DNA of 64,000 nt. Source: Pavona decussata. Lineage: Eukaryota. The notes below the pieces were generated by a model, which had not been told where the DNA came from, ran no database searches, and worked only from the letters and a program-made list of their open reading frames with translations. The stretch spans positions 310,001 to 374,000 of the forward strand of contig CDRNST010000080.1 in NCBI GenBank assembly GCA_977016875.1. The letters run 5' to 3'. Numbering within the stretch: position 1 is the stretch's first letter; each line of letters opens with the position of its first letter. A program made the position numbers and the translations under genes. This document shows positions 21,759-33,600 of the stretch, in pieces.

Positions 21759-24700
21759 TCAAGATTTCATTGTCTGATCGATCCAGTTCCGGAACTTAGC
21801 AACCCTTCCAAACACAGTGTATCGCTCAGTAGCAGAGCACCTCGGGGAACCCCAGCTGACGTCACCCTGGAGAACCCAATTGCCGTTAGCACCCTGGCAG
21901 ACGTAAGGGCCACCACTGTCTCCATGGCAGCCACTGAGAATAGTGCCACTGACACCAGCGCACAGCATGTATTGAGTGATCTGAAGAGACGATCCTCCTA
22001 TTAAAAACAATAGATCGGGTTAACTAAACGTGATAGCAGAATGTCTCGGACATTTGCCGAGAGGGAATGAACTCTTTAATGAATGGCATACTTCTTATGA
22101 CGATTTTGTTTTGTCCCACCATGCTATGAGAGCATAAGGTGATTGCGATGGATCTTTCAAGTGATACAAACCTACTTAAAAACAAAAAAAAAATGACTTC
22201 AGTCGCGTACCTGGTGATGCCGCTAGTTTTCTTGCACATTCGCTGTTGGTGACCGGTGGCATTTGAGCTTGCTGAAGAATGTTGTGAGAAGATCCTGGGT
22301 GTTTTATCTTGCCCCATCCTAAATGAAAATGTAAAGGAAAAAATACATCTTTATAACTGAGTTTTGAGCGCGGTGGAATATTAATTCTTATTACAACTGC
22401 TATCAGTGCTACAAGGATTCCCATTTGCTTGTTGATTCTCTCAACGTAAAATGGGTCGAATAAAAGCTTTACCGATTCAAGGATCTGTACAGGCCCGGCC
22501 CGCAAATGATCCCCGGACGGGAAATGATCCCCAAATTGGACCGCAAATGATCCCCGGACCGGAAGTGATTCTAATAAAACGTACCGCAAAACGAAGGAAT
22601 GTCCTGGACTCCACGTCAGTTCACGGATATATGAGGAAAACACAAATTCCTCAGGATTTTATAACAACAATAGAAACCGGTAAACGTGCTGTGCCAAAAG
22701 ACAAAATTAACCTGGCAATATTTAATTTTTGGACAAAACATAAATTCTATTGATTTTAACGTGTCAGTCTCGGAGATTATTACACCTTTGATTTGAAAAT
22801 ACATTTTCCTTCGCAATTAGCTATTGCTTCAATATTTTAAAACTCTGTTTTAGAAATGTTAGATAGGATACTTAACTCTTTTAAAACGAAATTGAATTTT
22901 TCTCCTTGATCTAGGTCGTGCAATTAACAAACTTTATCGGAACCCTTTCGACAGTCCAACATACGCTTATAGGTGGCCCAACCTCAAGCTGTGAGCGATT
23001 ATCACTTGAGCAATAGCTGTCACTGCGAAAATATGACAGTTTGTATGGGAATATTTACGATCGGGTTTACGAAGTAGAAATACTGTAAAGTTCTTAATAA
23101 AAATGACATACCTTCTAAGAACTTTACAGTATTTCTACTTCCTAGGCCTGATTATAAAGTGCAATAGCGGTCACGGCACAAGTATGGGAAAACATTCCCA
23201 TACTTGCGCCGTGACTGCTATTGCACAAGAGACCGTCACAAGATGATCATAGCTCACAGCTTGAGCTGGGACTACCTGTGCACATGAGATTTTTTTTTTT
23301 TGTTGTTGTTTTTTTTGGAGGCGTGAGAACAAGGAAACAATCCTCACTTGCGAAAGCGACGGCTATTTGGAGTGAACAGAGCTCATTATTTAAACCAGGT
23401 TACTGTGGGAAAATGGCGTGGTTGAATTTGCTGTTTCCCCTTGCGCTTGCTTTCGCTTTTTTTTCCCAGTATTTACGGTATAGGAGATAATGACAAATCT
23501 GACAAGAAAGAGACGCCTGAAAAGAAAAAAGAGGTATGTTTTAGTAAAGACTCATGCAGGTCTATGCCGACGACAGTGTGTTTCGCGAAAATTGTTTAAA
23601 GGAAGACTGGGAATCGTATTAGCCCGAAATGATATTAACATATTTACACGATGAAATCAATTTTGGACGACTTAGATAGTTATGCTTAAAGTGCCCTTGC
23701 ATGATTATTATTATTATTATTTTTTTTTTTATTTTTATTTGTGTATGAATCAACACATACCGCAAAGAAGTTCGGAGAAAATTTTTTTTTTTTTTTTTTA
23801 AACTTGCTAAAGTCATCAATGACCCGCCTTAAATTTTTGTTGTGTTTGCATAGAGTATTTAAATTCTCGTCTCCTCTGGTTCTCATTTGATCTTAGGTTT
23901 CACAGATGTATCGAAGAAATAACAAAAACAATATTTTATCCAGTTAACGGCCTTTCGGTTGTACTGTTAAGATTCATTTCGTATTGTTAGCCCTATTAAA
24001 AAAAAGGATTTTCGTAAAATTCGTACCCATTTTTGGCGTTGTAATCGTACAAGTTAAAAATATACATGTATATTCCAGTTTATAGGACTATTGATTTTCT
24101 TTTTATTTGCACTTAGCAGCTACACTGTAATTTTTAGACTAAAAAATTTGCATGCAAAGCGTTTAAATAAAATGATTGTTGCGTTATAAGAAAAAAAATT
24201 AAGTGTATAAAGTTTAAATACAATGTCCAAATTCCCAAGTCCATTCCATTCTATATTTATTGATGAGGCGACGAAATCCGGTCGGGGATCATTTGTGGTC
24301 CAATTTGGGGATCATTTCCCGTCCGGGGATCATTTGCGGTCCAAATTGGGGATCATTTCCGGTCCGGGGATCATTTGAGGGCCTGTACAGATCCTTCAAT
24401 ACGTTATGTGGCATTTTGATGCCAAAACGAATGTGACCAATTCGTATCGCACGACGGTAACGCCAGCAAAAATGTCACTTAGAAATAAATATTCATATCA
24501 TCTTAGCTACTTTGTGAGTATTCCAATCCGTTCAACTTGCACATTGTGAACGACTTATCCAGGAATATCGTCAGTAGCAACGCCGGCCGTCCAATGCCAG
24601 AAAAAAAAGAAGGAAAAAAAAACCGTCGAGTGCCCACGCTCTGCTTAAAACTTTGAATTTTTTTTCACGACGTTAGGGCATTAAGTAGCAACGACGACGG

Positions 24701-27016
24701 CGTCAACGAGAATATCAGCAAATAGGTATTTTGTTAAGCAACATACTGGCTTTGCACGTGCATTATACTCTTTGGTACAATTAATTTTTATATGCCTCTT
24801 TTATTTGACATGAAAGCATTAGATACTACTAAAACAAGTCTACTCAACCCGTAAAACATCAAATTGTCAACATAGGCGCAGACAGTACACGTTAGCGTTC
24901 CTTTTCTTGGCGTATTGAATATCTGTTGGACATAAAGAAAACCTCCAAAAAGCTCGCAGAGAAAAAAACTTGGGAATTTTCTAACGAGGCGTCTAACTTT
25001 TACTCTGTGACAACCATCAGAAAAAAATACTGACGTTTTCGTTTGTAAACGCTTGCTCGAAAGGATTTACCCCACCTTTTCTTCTCTGATTCTATTTCAT
25101 TTGTTTACCTCGAAAGCAGAATATTATAGCGCGCAATGATGCATGCATCTAGTGTCGAGAGAGGCTAGAATTTTTAAATCAACTCACCTGTAATGTAGCA
25201 TCTGGACGAGGTCGGAACCATTTCATCTTGGGCTGGCAGACACACAGTTCCAACTCGAGCGTTCAGAGTAGCCGGCCTCGACAGCTGAATCAAAGCGATG
25301 TCTTTGTCAATCGTTCTCGATGAATATTGGGGGTGTTTTATCACTCGCTTGGCTGTTATATCTTGTTCAGTTCCTTCGGAAACCAAACGGTTATGATCAC
25401 CTAGGCGGATGGTGTAATAACTGGCTGTCCTGTGGATAAATTACAAGTAACAGCTTGGGTCCGGTTGTTCGAAAGTCAATTAACGCTGATCTATGATTAA
25501 AGTTAACCAAGGTTTTTATCTCCCTCGTTAAAAATGTTATCGGGGTGGGGGAGGGGGGGGGGGGGGGAGGTAAGTTTTAGCTAATGCTAAAGAAACGTCC
25601 AAGGCAAAACTAAAGGACAAAAATCTTTTGGGAGAATCGTTATGGATTAGTCAATAAACTCGAATCAAAGTTCTAGTTAAACCAGGATTAGCTTAATCGG
25701 ACTTTCAACAACTGAGTCCTGAATATTTATCTATCGGGGGAAAAAGTAATGGCCTGGTTTATTGACTGGAAATGGTTTAATTATTTCACTTTTGTAAAAT
25801 TTGCTGCCTTATTATACGTATTAAAACAGTTCTCCTAATAACACCGCATGCAGGTGGCATATGCCAGCATATTCTCGTGAATTCACGTAATTCGACCAGA
25901 CGCGTTGCTTCTATTGTTGGCAGCAAACGTGGTTAATAGTTTGCTTGAACGCAATTAATATTATTTATTTAACAGCAAGTTTTGTTTTCTTATTTATTTG
26001 GTTAACTACCCAGAGAAAGAACAACAGCCACATTCCCGCATTTACTTACGTTGTAGAAATACAATGCGCTGCTGTGACAACCCAATCAGGAGCGATCAGA
26101 GATCCACCACAACTGAACGACTTGGAGCTTCCTCGAAGGAGGGCGATCTAATATAAAAGAATATAAAAATTAACTGTGTTTAATAATAGGGACTCAGGAT
26201 CTAAACATACTTCTTCTATGTGGCTACTGGTCTTTTTTTAAACCTCGCTCGAACGGTGGACCATTTTGGAGACACTTATTTATTTGAACAATATTGATAG
26301 AGGAAATTTCCGGTTTAGGGGTGCTGGTTTGAATGGTTTTAATGTGTTTACATTAAATTATTATTTATAGTAAGGACACAAATATAAATAAGTAAAAAGT
26401 TCCAAACTAGAACGGACTGAAAAAATTTTTTGATATTTAAAAATGTTCCTTTGAGCTCTTTAGAGAGTTTTCCAACCATCTAATAGTCCTAGGGATTGTG
26501 ATCCATGTTTGCCCCACTAATTTTAAAATGCACTTGAAACTTCTTAGTTCTTGAGGGAGCCTTAACAGGTCCTTCGTCCTTATCCAAAAGGTATGTACAG
26601 TCAATGTATGCTGAAATCATTTAGTAAATTATTTTGAAATTGAAAACAATGCTGCTAGTCCTATTTTGACATGCAAAGCACGCGAAGTGCCAGCCATCCG
26701 CAGAATTTGGTGCAAAAGAAATAGTTTTTTTTCCACATTTATCTAAGATTTCGAGTCCAGTTTTTCTAGTTCAGTATGGTGATTAAAGTACGAAGCAGGT
26801 CACGCGTTTGATAACTGTGTATAACATATTTAAAGGGAAAAAAGTGAGCTTAGCTGAATAAAAATAAAAAAGTTTTCCTGACGCAATGTTTTAAACAATA
26901 TATAGAATTATTTGGCCTCACCTGCCAAGGCCAATTTCCTGGCTTTGCATCCACTCCTCCAATAACACGAGTCACTGGGGACTTGCCACATGACCCTGGA
27001 GCCGAAGTGGGAGGAA
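21759..27016 (-). CDS. Gene B C-terminal elastase/chymotrypsin-like S1 domain, 5 exons
   Basis: CGKSPVTR|[26 protein letters not shown] (Ser189), RYTVF. Confidence 0.93.
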
Positions 27017-27017
27017 C

Positions 27018-27099
<82 letters not shown>

Positions 27100-30000
27100 T
27101 AATATGAACCTTTATCTTCTCTCAGTCAGTGTTTATAGCGCAATGTGCAAAGGTTGCCTCGTATTTAACTTTTAAAAAAAAGTAGTTCAAACTGAACATG
27201 ACAAAATTGGAAATCCAAGCTGGCAGGAGGTGGAACAATTGACTATTTACAGGCGTCACCGAGCAGTTGATCTCGGGGATTCCTAGAAACTTCAACTCCA
27301 TCTAGCGGCCATAGTGGGAAATGACCAAGCGAGCGCCGGATTTCAAGTTCAGTCAAGTTAATCGCTCGGCCACTTGGTAGCCTCCTGGGGTGACTTGAAG
27401 TGACCACAGCAAAACTAAATAGTCCTAAGCATCAGCATGGTTAAATGCTAAGGTCACTTATTTTGGACCTAAATTTATTATCATTTCACAGAACATTAAT
27501 GCGGCGCTGCAATTTGACATCACGATTTATTCCCCATGTGAACAGCGGATGGGAAAAAGCCTGACATTTCAGCATACAGCATTAGAGCATACAGTATTTC
27601 CTTGCTTATTTGTTTGTTTGTTTTTGAAGGAGAAAAGTTTAATTTCAATTGGCCCTTTGAATTTGCTAAGCTTTATAAACTGATATTGTAATTGTGCCTA
27701 TAACCATTACATATATATCTCTTTCATTGTAAACATTGTAAAAAAGATCATGCGCTTGTAGCCTCTTTTGATTCGTCACACAATTTTTGTAAGAGAACGA
27801 TTGCGTGACGAGAAAAAGAGCGTGTGCGAGGGAGGCCAATTAGTCATTGCAGTAGTTTCAAATAATTTTGAACCTGCCTTGCCGTTTTCGAATGTAATCC
27901 CTTTGTGAAGATTTTTTGGTGGTCTTCGTTAGTTATAAACGTAAGATCGTGTTAGTTTTTGTCTAAGAACGTGTCTTTTTTCAGTGAGTTATTTGTTCAT
28001 GTTCATGTTATGAAGGAAATCAAAGCACTATTAACCTACCAATGGGACACATGTTGCAGGATTTTTGACAGTTTTTCTGTGCCCACGCTTTGTTTTGATT
28101 GCAGAAGTTTCCACAAGAAGCAACATGTGGACAGACGAATGCAAATGTTGTACTGTCCTCACAACCTGAAGAAATATACCAGACAGTTTCAGCGTGTTAA
28201 TAATGAAATTGGGAATGGGCTCATGTTTGGTAAAAAGTCTGCTTGTTCGTCTTCCTACAGTGTAAATGACAATCTGAACTTAACTATTTCTTTTAGAATC
28301 CTAAGGTACAGAACATATTTTGCTAAGCAAAAGTTTTTGATAAGCTCAATAAGAGAATTATCAAAGTTTTCTATTTCACAATTGGCCGTAAAAAAATTAT
28401 AAAGTGACCCTTCACAGAACTGCCTGCCAGAAGCGGCGGTGACCAACGTTGCCTGCCATGGCCATTTGTTAATCTTTGCATTATCGCCACCCACGATACG
28501 AGGGTGAGATGGTCTACATCCGCAATCTTGAAAATGAAGTTATATCTTCGCTATATCTTCATTTACTTCCTGTGAACAGGGAAGATAGTGATCAGTACTT
28601 TGAGATGTTTTCAAAATTGTTTACGGAGCTATTTTTGCACACTCTTATGGCAAAAGGAAAGTATTATTATTAGCAACACTAAAGCATGTTTAAGCCATCT
28701 GATCTCTTTGCAAAGAAATTTGTTTGGTCTGGCCTTGGATAAGTAGGAATAAATTAAAGTGAAAAACTTAACTGGAAAAGTTGTTTAGTTCGTCCGAAAA
28801 GTGAGAAATACTCTTTTGGAACTGAACTGAACTGAACTGAAAAGTTCAAATGACACTTAAAAGAATACACAAAAAAGAAAGAAAGAAAGAAAGAAAAAAG
28901 AAAGAAAGTATTTGCCTTCGGACATTAGGAATGAGCAAAAGAAACGATTTTTAAACATCTTCTTATATTCAAAATGTTACATGACAAGTTTCAGGTAAAC
29001 GCTTTAAACTGGATTGGATATTAACAAATGAATCATGCCTACAAAAAGCTCGTACACAGGGTGTTGCAAGGAAGCTGGCTTCCTTTGATTATTAAGCTCA
29101 CAGCTGTGTGCTATCAATACTGAAACATCAACCAAACCTCCAGGTGGCGGAGCTGGTGTTTGTGGTGGGGGTGGGGTTGGTGGTAAGCCTGAGCAACTTC
29201 CTGGCCTCAGTGAAAAGTCGTCAATGGCGATGTCCCCTTGCCAGCTTGATCCTCTAACCCCCTCAAACAACACTTGGACCTTAAAACAAAGAGAGTAGTG
29301 ATATTAGGGTTGGGCGATAAAGCAAACTTTTTCATGACTGATCGTGGAACACGATAATTAATATATTTCATGTCCTTAATTAGTCATTGAGCACTGCAAT
29401 TACTTTCGTTGATCTTTGATCTGTTGCAAACATTCTATTACAGTCTTTGTCAGCTCGTTTTATTACAAATGGAACTTTCATTGTGTTCTCTACAGAATAT
29501 GTTGTCACAGCGGCCTCATGTATTGGGTCTGCCATTCTAGATCTGATTGCGTTTTTCAGAAACTACCTCAATTGAACTGAAGTCATAACAAATTGCTAAA
29601 ACAAACGAGAAAAGTAGAATGCCAAAGAAATTTTACGGAGGAGAATTTTTTGTGAAAAACTGGCTTGGTTTTCTAATTTTTTTGGCGCAGGTGATACATC
29701 ATCATTCAATTCCTGCGGTACTCATCACCTTATTTTTTGTTTGGCATTTTAATGACTTGGTCTTGCCTGCTGTGAGGCATTTGCAAGTTGTTTTAAAAAA
29801 ACCTAGTCCTGGCCGATAGCGCGTTTGATTAGCTCATGACATGTCAACCACCTTCTAGAAAAGCTTTATTCATTTTGTGTTTTCCATTTGGTATGAACGA
29901 ATAATGAACAGCAAAGTCCACGTCAGTTGATGAACGACCACTTGAATTCATCTGGCAGAAGAGCAGAGGGTTTCGATTCGAAGACGTTTGGTTTTTTTTT

Positions 30001-30549
30001 TCCAGATTCCAGGAAATTTAAAATTTTTAACTTTTGTTGTTCTTATAAGTGTGTTTTGTTTTGTCTTTCTTTTTCTTTTAATATGCTATGTTTTCATGTG
30101 CAAGTTAATATGTAAGTTTTGCAGCATGGATTACCAGAAACAGTCTCGTAAATACGTCATACTTACGGCACTTCCGCTTGCAGTGATGTCAACCTCGGCT
30201 TTCTTCCAGTCAGTTCCTTGGCTTCCTGACTTGGAAAATTTTATCTGACCACCACTGTATACTTTCAATGCACCAATAGCTCCTCCATTCATGTGGTAAT
30301 AGAAGGTCATGCAAAAACCACCGCTTCCAGCAGAAGTAAATGAAAGCTTGGCGTTGTCATTTGGCACCCTTGGACTCGAAGTCTCAATGTACATGTATTT
30401 TCCTTGAAAAGACAGAAAGCAATCAAATGATTTCCAGACGAGAGTTTCTAAAACCTTCCGAAAGTATTTCTGGAGTAAAAGACTATTTTACGGGCACAAT
30501 GTTCATTGCCATAAAATCAAAAAAGCTTAGGCGTCAAAAACTTAACTGG

Positions 30550-30629
<80 letters not shown>

Positions 30630-33600
30630 TTACTTTGGCGAAAGAATTACCGTAATATTACAATAAAAAAAGGAGAAGAAGAAAAAAAGAAATTCAAAAC
30701 ACATGCCCTATGTATACAGTCAAAATATGCCAAGTTAGATTAAGTTGAGTTAGGTCAAATTAAATTCTGAGGTGCGCTGGGTTCGTCTTACAATATCTTA
30801 GGTTATGGCCTAGATCCACAGCCTTGTCTAAAAGCACATGGGACTAGTTGATACATAAAAACCACAACCCATTAAGAAGAAACGGGTCGAAAATTCTTCC
30901 AGGTTGCAAATTCAAACACACGTCAGCGGGAGTGTGAAAGAACCGTTTATGATAAGAAAAAAAGCTAATAAGAATAAAGTATAGGGTACTCTTTGTCGTC
31001 CCCATTCTAACTCAAGATCCTCTTTTTAGTTAATTGTATCCTCAAACCGCCTGGAGGACGTTTAGGTAGAACATTTAGTCATATTTAAATCGAAAAAAAG
31101 TAAATTTAATAAGCTGTATAATATGTTATATTACTTATTGTAGTTAACTGTATTCACTTATTGTAATGCTTCAAAGTTACTCTACGTATATAATGTATGT
31201 TAAGCTTCCAACCCTCTAGGGATACGTGTGTGTAAGAAATATAGAGATAGAGACTATTTACGCACTCATAAACTGTCCAGGTTTCCAGAAGTTTCCCGAA
31301 GCTATTTTGAGCCAACTGTGATGTTCGTAAGGCAGGAAATTACCGGTTAAACCAGTTTTTGGCATGTTATGATTCCAGAAAGTTCTGCTACGTTATATAA
31401 GCAAATGCGCATTGTCCCCTCTCTCTGCCTTAAGTTGAATAAAAGTTATGTGTTCCAAGTGCTGAATTCGTTTTGGTGTGTGTTTCTGACTGTTGACGCG
31501 TTGGACAACGAAACTTTCAAAATATTTGGATGTTTTNNNNNNNNNNNNNNNNNNNNNNNNNNNNNNNNNNNNNNNNNNNNNNNNNNNNNNNNNNNNNNNN
31601 NNNNNNNNNNNNNNNNNNNNNNNNNNNNNNNNNNNNNNNNNNNNNNNNNNNNNNNNNNNNNNNNNNNNNNNNNNNNNNNNNNNNNNATATAAAAAAGAGC
31701 GATTAAAAAAACCTATTCACAATTTATTTCGATTAAAAAGAATGATAATATTTTCAAGCAATAATGTTTTTGTAAAGAAAAAGAAAAAAAAAAAATGTCA
31801 TGAAGTTTTTAAAAAATTAACTTCGGCATTTATAAATCAGTTCCACTTGATATTTTCAAGTGGAACTGATTTATAAATGCCGAAGTTAATTTTTTNNNNN
31901 NNNNNNNNNNNNNNNNNNNNNNNNNNNNNNNNNNNNNNNNNNNNNNNNNNNNNNNNNNNNNNNNNNNNNNNNNNNNNNNNNNNNNNNNNNNNNNNNNNNN
32001 NNNNNNNNNNNNNNNNNNNNNNNNNNNNNNNNNNNNNNNNNNNNNNNNNNNNNNNNNNNNNNNNNNNNNNNNNNNNNNNNNNNNNNNNNNNNNNNNNNNN
32101 NNNNNNNNNNNNNNNNNNNNNNNNNNACCGTATTTATCACCGTATTCTTACAATAGGCGCTGACTTCTGATAACCGCTCCAATTTTAAATTATGCGTACA
32201 TACCAGGGAAAGCCCCTTACACGTAAACACGTAATACCCTCCGCCATTAGAGTTTTGTGATTGAACAGAATAATAACGAAGCTTAATGACATTTGTGTTT
32301 CGAGGTTCATCTCATATCTCTTTACAAGTTTTACTGGACCTTGTCGTATTCTCATAATCATTTCTCTTTTTTTCCCGAAGTATTTAGTATTTAGTCAACG
32401 CATGGTAAATCTCCTGTGTTCAACAATAGGTGGCCTATTTGGAGTCCATAAAAAGAAACTTGATCGGCCGTACGCTATATCGTTTGAAAAAACGTTTAAC
32501 TATAAAGTTGTGATAAAACATTACTCAAAATCTTTTTAAGATTTCAAAGATGGCTAAAATACGACGAATTTTCGACGACAGCTAAACGTCATTTTAATTA
32601 TGGTCAAAAAGTGTATACGTTTTAATCAATAAACACTAAAAAGAACAATGGGCGATCAAAAAGTTGTAACGTAAGACTGAAGAAAGTCACAAGTTAAACA
32701 AAAAGAAATTTTACACACACCTGATCCACCATGACCTGCTGATGGTCCTGTACCAGAGGATGGTGTAGAGCCAGACCTCAGTGTCCAGTCAAACTTGTCT
32801 GATGTTTCCTGTTTCCATCCCGAGCACAAACCGCTGTCAAAGGTGCACGACACTGGAGAGGAAGGTAAGAAGGTCATAAATCACAAACACAGTGTCCTAT
32901 TCTTTGCAGTTGAATTAAAATTAGGTTGAGAAATACTGACAAGTGAATTTCAGATTTGAAGGAAAAAATGGGCGAGGGCAAACTATATGTGAGCAAATTT
33001 TCTCTTGGTTTGTCCAACAACATGGCGACACTGCAATCCACCAATAGAAGTGAAGCGAAGCAAATTTATTTTTAATGATTAATAAACGTTGGCAATTTAA
33101 AATTAGTAGCATATACATCTTTACGTCTCGGATCACGTTTAAAACTTATCTTTGGCGTATTTTCATTTATGGGTGAAATGTAATTTCGGCTTATTCTTCG
33201 AGAGGAAGCAAACAAACATCTCTATTCTATACCTTTTTGTGGCGGTTGTGGAGTTGCCGGCGGCGGTGGAGTTGGCGGTTGCGCAGTTGGTGGTTTTGGA
33301 CTAGGCGGGGTTATTCCAATCTTGGTTAATATCCATGACCTCACTTCACCAACCTTAGCATAAACACCATACTTCTTAGCCGCAGCGCAGCCATGTCCCC
33401 AGCTGGTGACACCCTCCAGATGCCATTTATTGTTATAATCACAAACCAGCGGTCCACCACTATCACCTTGGCAGGCATCAACTCCTCCTTTGTCTAGACC
33501 AGCACATAACATGGAGTCATGAATCTTTCCCGGATAAGCCACCAAACAACGCGATTTTGACACCAGTGGAACCGAGGCTTGCTGGAGGATATTAGGTTGA

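Noticed and set aside
22500-22570. CRISPR-like short direct repeats (also 24278-24378)
   Set aside because: No unique spacers, eukaryotic context, and mirrored at both ends of a TSD-flanked element; these are subterminal transposon repeats.
26990-27175. Poly-Ile or poly-Asn ORFs (also 30340-30666, 37764-38015)
   Set aside because: Translations of (AAT)n microsatellites.
27959-28402. 147-aa plus-strand ORF partly conserved at 54610-54858
   Set aside because: It is antisense to the ShKT exon; conservation is explained by the duplication, and the second copy stops early.
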